Assembly: GCA_950097015.1 (NCBI GenBank)
Contig: CATNEN010000037.1
Coordinates: forward strand, 3,658,001-3,722,000
Origin: Macrostomum hystrix
Lineage: Eukaryota; Animalia; Platyhelminthes
Reading direction: 5' to 3'
DNA: 64,000 bases
Positions 1 to 14,300 of this stretch are shown here, one piece after another. Under the pieces are notes generated by a model, which was not told the origin of the DNA, made no database searches, and saw only the letters and a program-made list of their open reading frames with translations. Each line of letters starts with the position of its first letter. Within the stretch, counting starts at the first letter, position 1. A program made the translations under genes and the position numbers.

Positions 1-474
1 ATAGACAGCATATACACACTATGATTCCTTAATTAATTATATATCTATCTCCTTTTTACATCCAACTCTCTGGTTGGGCTCGCTTAGCTGGAGCATAGCG
101 AATGAGCTGGGCTGACGGGTCGATTAACGGCAAAAAAGGAGGAATCGGATGGGGACTGGCAGCTCGGTCGGATCCTCAATTTAATCGATTGGCTCTGTAT
201 GCAATCCCCACAGCAGTCTGTGTACAAACACACAAACCTGTGCGCGCATATCCTGACGCATCTCTATAAACTGACCTTATCAGTATCTAGAAAGTTTCTA
301 CGATAAGGTGATGCTATTAGTAAATGAAACCAGACAATGCTGTTGTCAAATGAAACGGATTGTTTTAGAATGCTAACAATAGACAGGTAAATAATTTGCG
401 ACTATAATTTAATAGCTGAAATATTAACTGGTTCAGGCGTGAAATAAAACAGGGTGGTGGATAGGGAGAACAGG

Positions 475-990
475 GGAGAGAGGGAGATAGCAGAGGGGAG
501 AGAGGGAGATAGCAGAGGGGAGAGAGGGAGATAGCAGAGGGGAGAGAAGGAGATAGCAGAGGGGAGAGAGGGAGATAGCAGAGGGGAGAGGGAGACAGCA
601 GAGGGAGAGTGAGGGAGATAGCAGAGGGAGAGTGAGGGAGATAGTAGAGGGAGAGTGAGGGAGACAGGAGAGGGAGAGTGAGGGAGATAGCAGAGGGAGA
701 GTGAGGGAGACAGCAGAGGGAGAGTGAGGGAGACAGGAGAGGGAGAGTGAGGGAGATAGCAGAGGGAGAGTGAGGGAGACAGGAGAGGGAGAGTGAGGGA
801 GACAGGAGAGGGAGAGTGAGGGAGATAGCAGAGGGAGAGTGAGGGAGATAGCAGAGGGAGAGTGAGGGAGATAGCAGAGGGAGAGTGATGGAGACAGGAG
901 AGGGATAGTGAGGGAGATAGCAGAGGGAGAGTGAGGGAGACAGGAGAGGGATAGTGAGGGAGATAGCAGAGGGAGAGAGAGGGAAATAGA
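475..990. repeat. Purine-rich 22-23 bp minisatellite (gtgagggagatagcagagggaga)
   Basis: Tandem units read directly; explains the spurious L/S/P-rich minus-strand ORFs 365-1228. Confidence 0.95.
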
Positions 991-1722
991 ACAGAGTAGA
1001 GAGGGAGATAGATACTGTGTAGAGGATAAGTGAGAAGGGAGTAAGAATGGAGCATGAGCTCGTTGATTGAGCAGCAGAAGAGTAGGAGTCAAAGGTTAAG
1101 TAGAAGTAAATGAAGCCCAAAGTAAAGCTAGAGAACAAGACGGACAGGCATAAGAGGGGCTGAAAAATGTCAAGCTTTAGTTTTCCGAAATCAATAAAAA
1201 CAGAGTCACGGAAAGGCCATTGCTCCACTTTAGATAGGCGTTAAAACTTTGAGAGATAAACCCTGACAGGATAGATTAGCAACTAGACCATTAGAGCGCA
1301 GTTCGATAGCACAGATGAATGTATTATTACAACATTGTAAATAATAAGAGGGGTGGCAGCAACTCAAAGCAAGCCATCACCGATAAAAATGCTGCATTTA
1401 GTACTGTTGAAGGCTAGAAATTTTAAAACGGAAAGCGCAATATTTTGAAAAGCACAATTGCAAGTAAACATTGAAAGTCGTGTAAACAAATTAAGGACAT
1501 TTCATAGTACTATGAGTAGAAAAAATGCTTGAAACTATTTAGAAATAGGTGAAAACAGTAGAAAAAATACACTGAAATAATCTTATAGTTTAGCACCGAA
1601 AAATACGAGTTAAAATGAAATAGTAAGCCGTGTTTCCTGTAAAAATTTGCTGCTTACGAGTAAAATACTATAACAAAAATTTACTAAAAGTGCGCCATTG
1701 AGAAATGTTACTTTATTAACAG

Positions 1723-1805
1723 CAGAAGGACCATGGGGTGTTTCAAATCTCCCAAAATATTCAACGAAATCCAGAACACGGGCTAAATACCCCCCTGGTC
1801 TTTCG
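1723..1805. mobile_element. Very short MITE-like element with degenerate terminal inverted repeats
   Basis: Left cagaaggaccatggggtgtttcaaat and right aaatacccccctggtctttcg are imperfect inverted repeats; same TIR type as 29930-30433. Confidence 0.4.
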
Positions 1806-2038
1806 CCAGGTGAAATTATTAAATTATTAAAAACTATTAAATTAGTTAGATTAGAAAAGATGCACTGATAAGTCAGGTGTCATAACCAACAAGGGTGTGA
1901 AATTTTACAATCGATGCCTTATTAGAACTGGAAAATGAAGCTGACACAGGTGCTTAATTGGACAAGGTGTGAAAATTACCACACCCGATAGCGGTTAAAC
2001 TTTCAGAACTGACATCCGCCTTTGAAGATGCCGCAGCG

Positions 2039-5000
2039 TCAATGCCGGGCTCCGATCTCAGCTAGCAGGCCCGGATCGGCAATCAGGTCTTCAACTCCGC
2101 GATCGTCCAGCCGGAGGACGACTCGCGAGGCCCGCGCCTCGGGCGCAGCAGTCAGACGCAGGACGCCAGTGTCGTGCAACGATTGGCAGCAGGAGGGCAG
2201 GTCGTCCGACAGCGGCGCGGGCATTTGCCTGGCGGTGCAGATGTCACGCAGCGCTGACTCCAGCTCACCAATGGTCACCTGGGTAATAATAGTAATAATA
2301 AGAATTGCAGGAGGGCAATTATTGCGAGGAGCCAATTCTGCCCATTTCGCAGACTCCTGAGCACACACACAGGCACACACAGGTGTGTACATCTGCCCTG
2401 ACTTTCTTATCGTCAGGCAGTGAACACTTTCACTGTACCTGTACCCAGGTTGGCCCTCAAGGACGTAAACAGCACGACAAGCCCCCCAAGCCTTCTCTCC
2501 GCGGCTGCGGCCCCAAATGAATGCGGCCTCGCTGCGGAATCGAGCTCAGGGACGCGTTAATCGCTCTACCTACTCACCCCCACAAAACTGAGTAATTGCA
2601 TGGTAAATTGAGCGATTTAGAAAACATATTCTAAAAGTACTTGCGGACATATCCGTTGTTTTAGCCTTCCTCAATAAAGAGAAATGAATAATAGCTCGTA
2701 GAGAATAAGAAAATTACACCTAGAATCTTTGGGTCAGATGTACAGCTGTTCAGTCCGTGGACTGGAGGCAGCTACACTTGACTTCTAGGTCAAAATCCTT
2801 AACACTGGTCTACAAGCTACCGCTGAAAAGACGGCATCCCAAAAAAGAGGGAAAAATATCTAACTAACGACTCACCTGTCGACTTCCCCGCCTACGCAGC
2901 CGCAGTGCCGCAGCCGCAATCAGCCGCAGATGCAGCGGCAGCAGAAGCGGCGCCTGCGCTGCCGGAGCCGACATCGGCGAAGCCTCAGCCGCGGCGCTGG
3001 GCCGCATCGGGGTCAGCGTTAACGGCGAGGCATTGGCTGCACGCAGCGCTTCGCCAACGTGTTTAACAGTGGGCGAACCGTCGGCCAATTCAACAGATCG
3101 CCGGCAGACCTCCAGTAAGCGTCGGGCGTCGCCAGTGCTGGCTGCTACGCGGCCTGCAGCCAGGCGGACGGCGTCGGCGGATTCGGCGGCGGCGGCGGGA
3201 GTCGAGGCCAGCCTGGCGGACACAATGGCCAGTAGCTGGGCTCGACTGTAGGGCGCGAAGTTCAACTGGCGCAGAGAGGCGGGCCGCGCCACTGTGGCCG
3301 AGGCGGGGAACAGGCGGTCGCACAGGGCCAGCGAGTTGGCCACGCCGAGCACCCTCAGCCGGCCGCTTCCGGTCGTGTCGAAACTGTCCGGCCACAGAAA
3401 GATTCGCCTGAGACTGCCGGCGTCGATCTGGTCGATTTCGTCCAGCACAATCGACAAAGACATCGACGAGTTCTTAGGGGAATCTAGGAAATGTTTGATA
3501 GAAGCTTCGGCTAGTTTTAACGGGCCGCCGCCGACACCACCGCCGCCGCCGCTTTTGGTGTCGATTGAGTCGCCGCCAACGACAAGCTCGGCTAGCCTAG
3601 CTGAGAAGGCTCTGGTTGACTCGCCTGTCTCCATGCAGTTGTGCATGATGCAACGAATGCCAGCGGAATGCTGCAGCTGACGAACTGCGGCGGTCACGGC
3701 GGCTGTTTTACCTGCACATTTTTTATAAAGCTTGAGGGATAAAAAATAAAGAATACGATTCCTAATACAAAAATAAATCCATCATACACTAGAAAAAACC
3801 AAAATCCTACACTAGAATAAACCAATCCTACACTAGAATAAACCAATCCTACACTAGAATAAACCAATCCTACACTAGAATAAACCAAAATCCTACACTA
3901 GAATAAACCAAAATCCTACACTAGAATAAACCAATCCTACACTAGAATAAACCAATCCTACACTAGCATAAACCAAAATCCTACACTAGAATAAACCAAT
4001 CCTACACTAGAATAAACCAATCCTACACTAAAATAAACCAATCCTACACTAAAATAAACCAAAATCCTACACTAGAATAAACCAATCCTACACTAGAATA
4101 AACCAATCCTACACTAGAATAAACCAAAATCCTACACTAGAATAAACCAATCCTACACTAGAATAAACCAATCCTACACTAGAATAAACCAATCCTACAC
4201 TAGAATAAACCAATCCTACACTAGAATAAACCAATCCTACACTAAAATAAACCAAAATCCTACACTAGAATAAACCAATCCTACACTAGAATAAACCAAA
4301 ATCCTACACTAGAATAAACACAAATCCTACACTAGAATAAACCAATCCTACACTAGAACAAACCAATCCTACACTAGAATAAACCAAAATCCTACACTAG
4401 AATAAACCAAAATCCTACACTAGAATAAACCAATCCTACACTAGAATAAACCAATCCTACACTAGAATAAACCAAAATCCTACACTATAATAAACCAATC
4501 CTACACTAGAATAAACCAATCCTACACTAGAACAAACCAATCCTACACTAGAATAAACCAATCCTACACTAGAATAAACCAATCCTACACTAGAACACTA
4601 GAACTTGAGGGATAAAAAATAAAGAATACGATTCCTAATACAAAAATAAATCCATCATACACTAGAAAAAACCAAAATCCTACACTAGAATAAACCAATC
4701 CTACACTAGAATAAACCAATCCTACACTAGAATAAACCAATCCTACACTAGAATAAACCAAAATCCTACACTAGAATAAACCAAAATCCTACACTAGAAT
4801 AAACCAATCCTACACTAGAATAAACCAATCCTACACTAGCATAAACCAAAATCCTACACTAGAATAAACCAATCCTACACTAGAATAAACCAATCCTACA
4901 CTAAAATAAACCAATCCTACACTAAAATAAACCAAAATCCTACACTAGAATAAACCAATCCTACACTAGAATAAACCAATCCTACACTAGAATAAACCAA

Positions 5001-8000
5001 AATCCTACACTAGAATAAACCAATCCTACACTAGAATAAACCAAAATCCTACACTAGAATAAACACAAATCCTACACTAGAATAAACCAATCCTACACTA
5101 GAACAAACCAATCCTACACTAGAATAAACCAAAATCCTACACTAGAATAAACCAAAATCCTACACTAGAATAAACCAATCCTACACTAGAATAAACCAAT
5201 CCTACACTAGAATAAACCAAAATCCTACACTAGAATAAACCAATCCTACACTAGAATAAACCAATCCTACACTAGAACAAACCAATCCTACACTAGAATA
5301 AACCAATCCTACACTAGAATAAACCAATCCTACACTAGAACACTAGAACTTGAGGGATAAAAAATAAAGAATACGATTCCTAATACAAAAATAAATCCAT
5401 CATACACTAGAAAAAACCAAAATCCTTCACTAGAATAAACCAATCCTACACTAGAATAAACCAATCCTACACTAGAATAAACCAAAATCCTACACTAGAA
5501 CAAACCAATCCTACACTAGAATAAACCAATCCTACACTAGAATAAACCAAAATCCTACACTAGAATAAACCAAAATCCTACACTAGAATAAACCAGAATA
5601 AACGGACAGTTAGAACAAACCAATCCTACACTAGAATAAACCAATCCTACACTAGAACAAACCAATCCTACACTAGAATAAACCAATCCTACACTAGAAC
5701 AAACCAATCCTACACTAGAATAAACCAATCATACACTAGAATAAACCAGTCCAACACTAGAATAAACCAATCATACACTAGAATAAACCAGTCCAACACT
5801 AGAATAAACCAAAATCCTACACTAGAATAAACCAATCCTACACTAGAATAAACCAGTCCAACACTAGAATAAACCAATCATACACTAGAATAAACCAAAA
5901 TCCTACACTAGAATAAACCAATCCTACTCTAGAATAAACCAATCCTACACTAGAATAAACCAATCCTACACTAGAATAAACCAACCCTACACTAGAATAG
6001 ACCAATCCTACACTAGAATAAACCAATCATACATTAGAATAAACCAAAATCCTACACTAGAATAAACCAATCCTACACTAGAATAAACCAATCCTACACT
6101 AGAATAAACCAATCATACATTAGCATAAACCAAAATCCTACACTAGAATAAACCAATCCTACACTAGAATAAACCAATCCTACACTAGAATAAACTAAAA
6201 TCCTACACTAGAATAAACCAATCCTACACTAGAATAAACCAAAATCCTACACTAGAATAAACCAATCCTACACTAGAATAAACCAAAATCCTACACTAGA
6301 ATAAACCAATCCTACACTAGAATAAACCAATCCTACACTAGAACAAACCAATCCTACACTAGAATAAACCAATCCTACACTAGAATAAACCAATCCTACA
6401 CTAGAAAAAACCAATCCTACACTAGAATAAACCAAAATCCTACACTAGAACACTAGAACTTGAGGGATAAAAAATAAAGAATACGATTCCTAATACAAAA
6501 ATAAATCCATCATACACTAGAAAAAACCAAAATCCTACACTAGAATAAACCAATCCTACACTAGAATAAACCAATCCTACACTAGAATAAACCAAAATCC
6601 TACACTAGAACAAACCAATCCTACACTAGAATAAACCAATCCTACACTAGAATAAACCAAAATCCTACACTAGAATAAACCAATCCTACACTAGAATAAA
6701 CCAGTCCAACACTAGAACAAACCAATCCTACACTAGAATAAACCAATCCTACACTAGAATAAACCAAAATCCTACACTAGAATAAACCAATCCTACACTA
6801 GAATAAACCAATCATACACTAGAATAAACCAATCCTACACTAGAATAAACCAATCCTACTCTAGAATAAACCAATCCTACACTAGAATAAACCAATCCTA
6901 CACTAGAATAAACCAACCCTACACTAGAATAAACCAATCCTACACTAGAATAAACCAATCATACATTAGAATAAACCAAAATCCTACACTAGAATAAACC
7001 AATCCTACACTATAATAAACCAATCATACATTAGCATAAACCAAAATCCTACACTAGAATAAACCAATCCTACACTAGAATAAACCAATCCTACACTAGA
7101 ATAAACCAATCATACATTAGCATAAACCAAAATCCTACACTAGAATAAACCAATCCTACACTAGAATAAACCAATCCTACACTAGAATAAACTAAAATCC
7201 TACACTAGAATAAACCAATCCTACACTAAAATAAACCAAAATCCTACACTAGAATAAACCAATCCTACACTAGAATAAACCAATCCTACACTAGAATAAA
7301 CCAAAATCCTACACTAGAATAAACCAATCCTACACTAGAATAAACCAATCCTACACTAGAATAAACCAATCCTACACTAGAATAAACCAATCCTACACTA
7401 GAATAAACCAATCCTACACTAGAATAAACCAATTCTACACTAGAATACACAATCCTAAACTAGAATAAACCAATCATACACTAGAATAAACCAATCCTAC
7501 ACTAGAACAAACCAATCCTACACTAGCATAAACCAAAATCCTACACTAGAATAAACCAATCCTACACTAGAATAAACCAATCCTACACTAGAATAAACCA
7601 ATCCTACACTAGAATAAACCAATCCTACACTAAAATAAACCAAAATCCTACACTAGAATAAACCAATCCTACACTAGAATAAACCAATCCTACACTAGAA
7701 TAAACCAATCCTACACTAGAATAAACCAATCCTACACTAGAATAAACCAATCCTACACTAGAATAAACAATTCTACACTAGAATACACAATCCTAAACTA
7801 GAATAAACCAATCATACACTAGAATAAACCAATCATGCACTAGAATAAACCAATCATACACTAGAATAAACCAATCATGCACTAGAATAAACCAACTCTA
7901 CACTAGAATAAACCAATTCTACACTAGAATAAACCAATCATACACTAGAATAAACCATTCCAAATAAAGTTGAGCAGACTCAAGCGCACTCACCTGAGCC

Positions 8001-8477
8001 TGGCGGACCGCACACATACAGTACGCTGTGACCAGCGCGACCGCTCAGGAAGCTCTCCAGAGTGTCGAGCTCGGTGTCTCGACCAACCAGACCGTCGCCA
8101 TCATCATCGCCAGGCCTGGCGCTCTGCAGCAGGCGTTTCAATTCCACAGACTGGGCGCTGGCTCGCAATAGCGCTGACCTACGCAGATCGTCGCTCTCGG
8201 CGTCGTTGCAGTTGCTAACGGCCGCGTGGTCCGGGTCTCTATCTTCAGCGCTCGCATTCTCTTTTTCTTGTTCATCTTTCTCTTCGATTGTCTTTTTCTG
8301 CTTCGCCTTCGATTTCTGGCCACTCTTAGCAACCAATGCGCGACTATTTCGTCTCTGCTTAGCAACTGGCGGTGCGCCCGCCATTGCCATGGTTTCAAGT
8401 TCGTTGGCTTCCGAAACTGTAGGCTGCTGCTCTGGCTGAACTGGTCCAAGAATGCTGCTGCGTCTTCTGGTAAGCAT
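2039..8477 (-). CDS. CDC6: Cell division control protein 6 (AAA+ replication licensing factor), 3 exons
   Basis: Exons 8477-7994, 3711-2876, 2278-2039 with GT-AG junctions in matching phase. Walker A GPPGSG|KT is rebuilt across the intron; Walker B IVLDEIDQ, sensor-1 GVANSL, LNFAPYS, GDARRLLEVCRR and a C-terminal winged helix are present. Confidence 0.93.
2285..2580 (-). mobile_element. tRNA-derived SINE family 1 copy (CDC6 intron 2)
   Basis: Minus strand shows a degenerate head with B-box-like gagctcgattcc, a body shared with 10470, 23445, 32818 and 60707, and an (att)n tail. Confidence 0.75.
3800..7950. repeat. 21/23 bp minisatellite (tagaataaaccaatcctacac) filling CDC6 intron 1, with higher-order blocks
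   Basis: Well over a hundred tandem units; a ~75 bp non-repeat segment recurs at 3729, 4602, 5347 and 6457. Confidence 0.97.
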
Positions 8478-8604
8478 GGTGACTGGCTGGACTGCAAGAA
8501 GTCAGTGTTACGATTCAGCTGATGTAGAGAAAGGCCAATTTCGTAAAGAATTTGAGGGCGAAAAAGAAGCTCATATCCTGAAGGATTAAAGAGGCAGAAA
8601 CAGG

Positions 8605-9050
8605 TCAAATCTATGAAGGATCAGGGGCTGGGGAAGAGACTAGATCCCTGAAGGATCAGGGGCTGGGGAAGAGACCAGATCCCTGAAGGATCAGGGGCTG
8701 GGGAAGAGACTAGATCCCTGAAGGATCAGAGGCTGGGGAAGACTGGAAGAGACCAGATCCCTGAAGGATCAGGGGCTGGGGAAGAGACATAATCCCTGAA
8801 GGATCAGGGGCTGGGGAAGGGACCAGATCCCTGAAGGATCAGGGGCTGGGGAAGGGACCAGATCCCTGAAGGATCAGGGGCTGGGGAAGGGACCAGATCC
8901 CTGAAGGATCAGGGGCTGGGGAAGGGACCAGATCCCTGAAGGATCAGGGGCTGGGGAAGGGACCAGATCCCTGAAGGATCAGGGGCTGGGGAAGGGACCA
9001 GATCCCTGAAGGATCAGGGGTTAAGGAAGAGACCAAACCACTGAAGGATC
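8605..9050. repeat. 35 bp minisatellite (agatccctgaaggatcaggggctggggaagggacc) between NGDN and CDC6
   Basis: About 12 tandem units; period measured 8825 to 8860. Confidence 0.95.
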
Positions 9051-9433
9051 ATGGGGTCAGGGAAAAGTATCCATGAATGATTGGGCAATCGGGCAAGTGG
9101 TCGATTGATTGAAGTGTGGTAGGGAAAAAGTTTCTTAGAAAGCTAGCTATAAAACAAAACAAAAATAAGCAACACCAAAGCGTATGTATATTAATCATTA
9201 GCATTCCAATAAAATTAGGCATGAGTGAAATGCAAGGCTTCCAATTGTATTTTTACAACACGTTAGCGTTATACAATGCGTGTAGGAAACATTTTTTGCT
9301 TCGAAATTATAAATGAAGGTCACGGCAACCCTATGATGATCATAATAACTTTATGACACCTTTTGTAACCCAATACCGACCGCAAAAAATACAAACGACA
9401 TTCCTAAAAAGGTGTTCCAGAAAGTCCCGATTC

Positions 9434-10406
9434 CTACTTTTTCTTCTTCTTTCCCCGCTTAGCCAGCTTTCTGGCCAACTTGCCGCGCGGTCCCTTGGCC
9501 CGCCTGGCGCCGCCAGCTCGGTCCTCGTCCAGCCCGGCCGGCAGGATGCTGCCCAGGGTTTCAAAATCGCCGCCGAGTCGCTTGGCGCGCAGCTCCAACT
9601 GGCGCTGTCGCCGACTGACGGATAGCCGGGTCAGGTTGGCCTCCTCGTATCGTCGGCGAGCTTCGGCCTCACGGAGGCGACCTCCGCCAAGGCCGCCGGC
9701 ACCGGCGCGCCTTTCGGACACCTCCAAGGGGGCGTCGTCCATCTGTTGGCGCAGCTCCTCCAGCACGTCTAGTTGAATTGCCCGACGCTTGTCGGCCGAC
9801 TGGCCTTTGGTCTTGCTCCTGCCATCTGCCGAAGTAGTCGACGGTTCGTCGTAGAACATTGGCGTCACCTTCGGCGGCACGTACTTTCCAAACTTGCCCT
9901 GCTGCTGCTGCTGCTTCTTTTTCAATTTGGCTTTCTTCTTAGCTGCTTCCTCGTCATCGTCTTCATCGTCGTCGTCGATTTCCTCTTCGTCGGAGAGTTG
10001 AAAATTTTCCAACCTGGCAGCGGCGGGTTCAGCAGGCGACCCGTTGGAGTCGGCGGAGGCAGCCAGCTGAACCAGGCGATCAATCTGATGCCTGACCCGG
10101 GTCTCCACAGGCCTGGCGCACTCCAGCAGGCTGCGCAGTTCGCAGAGCCGTTCAATGGTGCGCGCGGGTGGCGCCTGGCCGGCTAGACGATCGGCAACGA
10201 GTTGCAGCAGATTGGCTGAGTACAGCTCGAAGGCGCGACATTTCAATGACACCAGGCTGACAGCCTCGGAGGTTGGCTGGCTGAGCCACTGACGACTGGA
10301 CACCAAATTGGCGAGCTCGGCCAGGGAGCCGCTCAGCTGGGTGTACAGCGGCGCGAGCTCGGCGTCCTTGAATTCGGTGGACAGACAGAACTTTGTCGGC
10401 TGTACG
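9434..10406 (-). CDS. NGDN: Neuroguidin / Lcp5 (Sas10/Utp3/C1D family rRNA processing factor); start codon not in this exon
   Basis: SLVSLK..., ERLCELRSLLECARPVETRVRHQIDRLV and YVPPKVTPMFYDE match neuroguidin motifs; acidic middle and basic C-terminus. The ORF-track start at 10546 is a GTG inside a SINE. Confidence 0.85.
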
Positions 10407-10469
10407 CTACACAAATAAGCAAAAGATGCCAAAACAAGAAAGACTTGTTCAAAAACTAACCATTGCCAT

Positions 10470-10715
10470 GGGGGTGAGTGCAAGGGGCTTGACGCGCAAT
10501 TTACACCCTTGAGGACCAACCACCAAGGCACAGTAAGAGTGTACACTGCCTGACGATTAGAAAGTCAAGGCAGATTGATGTACACACCCTGCGTGAGCTT
10601 CTGCTCAGGAGTCAGCGAAATGGGCAGAATTGGCTCCTCGCTGGCTGCGGGCCTAGTGTCACCAAATGATGTGCCATTGCCCGCAGATGTTCTGCAATTA
10701 CTAATTATAAGCTTC
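10470..10715 (+). mobile_element. SINE family 1 copy, internally deleted
   Basis: Shares the gtgtacactgcctgacga..gaaagtca..gcag hairpin, gtcagcgaaatgggcagaattggctcctcgc and gtgtcaccaaatgatgtgccatt with other copies. Confidence 0.7.
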
Positions 10716-11319
10716 ACACCTTCATAAGTCTACAGTACAAGCAAACAAATATTGAAAAAAAAATAGAGACAGGCCACTAAAACGAAGTGCAGTAAATCCG
10801 CACGCAAATAATTCAGTACAAGTTACAATGAGCACAAATATATTTATATATTATAAACTCAGGCGACCAATGTACCTAGCGTGAGACAGAAAGAAAACTT
10901 CAAAATCTGTGGGGTACCGCCTGAAATGAGCGATAGATGCAGCTCGATTATCAGAATTCATCTAGCTTAGCTTACTGTTAATATTGTGGAATCTGTCTTG
11001 TCTATCAATAACATTGGTTCCTACAACTGATTACGAATTAATATTATGAATATTTAAGAAAAACAATAGGACAAAACTAAATTGGTAACTACACAGTATG
11101 GGTAACTAAGCTAAGAATCTTAATACACAGCTAGCCGCAATGGGACTGGACCAGGTCAATAAATAATCCAATCTAATTAGATTTTAGTTAATATTGGATT
11201 TTTTACATCATGACGACGTGACAAATTAGTTACTTTAATTTTTTAATTTAAAAGAAACTGTACTCAGACATCTGTACTGCATTTCCAAGAAACTCAAGTC
11301 CACTCAGGGCTGAATAGGT

Positions 11320-14300
11320 TCAACGATCAACTTCGCCAAATACAACGTCAAGCGTGCCAATGATGGCCACAATGTCAGCCAACATGTGGCCTTTGCCCAT
11401 CTTGTGCAGGCCGGCCAGGTGAGAGAAGCCTGGCGCCTTAATCTTGCACCTGTAGGGCTTGTTGCCGCCGTCGGAGACCAGGTAGACACCGAATTCGCCT
11501 TTGGGCGCCTCGATGGCAGTGTACGTGGCACCAGGCGGCACCTGCGGATTGGTGGGGATCAAATTGACAAAATATCCCATTGTAGAAAAAATCGGCGATC
11601 CAAAAACTAGACAACGAAATTAAAAGAAAAAGAGATCCCGAAAATATCCCATCGAATCAAATAAAACCGAGATCCATAAAATATCCCATCGAATCAAATA
11701 AAACCGAGATCCCTAAAATATCCCATCGAATCATATGAAACAGAGTTCCATAAAATATCCAATCGAATCACATGAAACCGAGTTTCATAAAATACCCCAT
11801 CGAATCAAATGAAACCGGGTTCCATAAAATATCCCATCGAATCATATGAAACCGAGTTTCATAAAATATCCCATCGAATCACATGAAACCGAGTTCCATA
11901 AAATATCCCATCGAATCAAATGAAACCGAGTACCATAAAATATCCCATCGAATCACATGAAACCGAGTTCCATAAAATATCCCATCGAATCACATGAAAC
12001 CGAGTTCCATAAAATATCCCATCGAATCATATGAAACAGAGTTCCATAGAATATCCCATCGAATCACATGAAACCGAGTTCCATAAAATATCCCATCGAA
12101 TCACATGAAACCGAGTTCCATAAAATATCCCATCGAATCATATGAAACCGAGTTCCATAAAATATCCCATCGAATCACAAAAACTAGATGCCTGAAAATA
12201 TCCCATCGAATCAATGAAACCGAGATCCCTAAAAAAATCTCATCGAATCACTGTGGAAGAATTAGCCCTACCTGATAACCCTCAGTAAAGAGCTTGAAAT
12301 GGTGAATAAGTGCCTCCATGGACTCCTTCATTTCGGCCCGACGCGGCGGCACCACTTTGCGATCGTCGACTTTGACTTCGCCTGGGGGCATCTTGTTCAA
12401 GCACTGCTCGATGATGCGCTGCGATTGGCGCATCTCTTCCATGCGGCACAGGTAGCGATCGTAGCAGTCGCCGTTGCGACCAATGGGCACGTCGAATTCG
12501 ACCTTGAACAATGCAGTTTAATGGTAAAACTAGTTTTTTTAGTTTTTTAGCAGATCGGGGAAGGGATTCTGAGGGGATCGGGGAATGGATTCTGAGGGGA
12601 TCAGGGAATGGATTCTGAGGGGATCGGGGAATGGATTCTGAAGAGATCGGGGAATGGAATCTGAGGAGATCGGGGAATGGAATCTGAGGGGACAGTGGAA
12701 GGGATTCTGAGGGGATCGGGGAATGGATTCTGAGGGGATCGGGGAATGGATTCTGAGGGGATCGGGGAATAGATTCTGAGGGGATCGGGGAAGGGATTCT
12801 GAGGGGATCGGGAAAGGGATTCTGAGGGGATCAGGGAATAGATTCTGAGGGGATCGGGGAATGGATTCTGAGGGGATCAGGGAATAGATTCTGAGGGGAT
12901 CGGGGAATGGATTCTGAGAGGATCAGGGAAGAGATTCGGTGATTCGGTGAGTGGATCGGTAAGGGGATTCTGAGGGGATAGTGGAAGGGATTCTGAGGAG
13001 GTAGTGGAAGGGATTCTGAGGGGACAGCGACCACACACAAACCTTATCGTAGGCATCGTAGGGCTGGCTCTTTCGCAGGTCCCAGCAGATGCCGGAGCCG
13101 CGCACCATGACGCCAGAGAAGCCGTAATTGAGCGCGTCCTCGGCGCTAATAACGCCAATATCTTTAGTGCGCTGCACCCAGATTCGATTCTCTGTTAGCA
13201 GATCGTCGACTTCGTCGATTCGCTGAACGAATTTGCGATTCCAATCGTAGATATCTTCCAATAGGCCAACTGGCAGGTCGCGATCAACGCCTCCTGGTCG
13301 GACGTAGGCGGCGTGCATTCTGGCGCCGCTGACGCGCTCGTAGAATTCCATCATCTTCTCGCGCTCCTCGAACATCCAGAAGAATGGCGTCATGGCGCCG
13401 ACGTCAAGGGCGTGGGTGCCGATGCCCATGAGGTGGTTCATGATGCGGGTTAGCTCGCCGAACAGAACACGAATCCATTTGGCTCGCGGTGGCACGTCGA
13501 TGTTGAGCAGTTTCTCAACCGCCAGCGAATAGCACTGCTCGTTGCACATCATTGACACGTAGTCCAGGCGGTCAAAGTAGGGCAGAGCCTTGGAAAATAT
13601 TTTGAAATAAATCAACGATACATTTTTGTAATGAAATAATTCTCCCTGAGGGAGTGAGGGGTCACTGAGCGAGTCATTTGGTCACTGAGCGAGTCATTTG
13701 GTCACTGAGCGAGTCATTTGATCACTGAGCACTGAGCGAGTCATTTGGTCACTGAGCGAGTCATTTGGTCACTGAGTGAGTCCTTTGGTCACTGAGCGAG
13801 TCATTTGGTGACTGAGTGAGTCATTTGGTCACTGAGCGAGTCATTTGGTCACTGAGCGAGTCATTTGGTCACTGAGCGAGTCATTTGGTCACTGAGTGAG
13901 TCATTTGGTCACTGAGTGAGTCATTTGGTCACTGAGTGAGTCCTTTGGTCACTGAGTGAGTCATTTGGTCACTGAGCGAGTCATTTGGTCACTGAGCGAG
14001 TAATTTGGTCACTGAGCGAGTCATTTGGTCACTGAGTGAGTCATTTGGTCACTGAGTGAGTCATTTGGTCACTGAGTGAGTCCTTTGGTCACTGAGCGAG
14101 TCATTTGGTGACTGAGTGAGTCATTTGGTCACTGAGCGAGTCATTTGGTCACTGAGCGAGTCATTTGGTCACTGAATGAGTCATTTGGTCACTGAGCGAG
14201 TCATTTGGTCATTGAGCGAGTCATTTGGTCACTGAGCGAGTCATAGCAAATGTCATTGAACGAGTTAAATAGTCACTCAGTGAGTCACAGGGTTATTTCA

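Noticed and set aside
3800-7950. CRISPR-like array (repeats interrupted by a recurring segment)
   Set aside because: Units are contiguous with no unique spacers, the interrupting segment is the same each time, there are no cas genes, and the context is a eukaryotic intron.
8062-10186. Antisense plus-strand ORFs over CDC6 and NGDN (and over other exons in the window)
   Set aside because: Expected shadows of GC-rich coding sequence; no homology and no independent structure.
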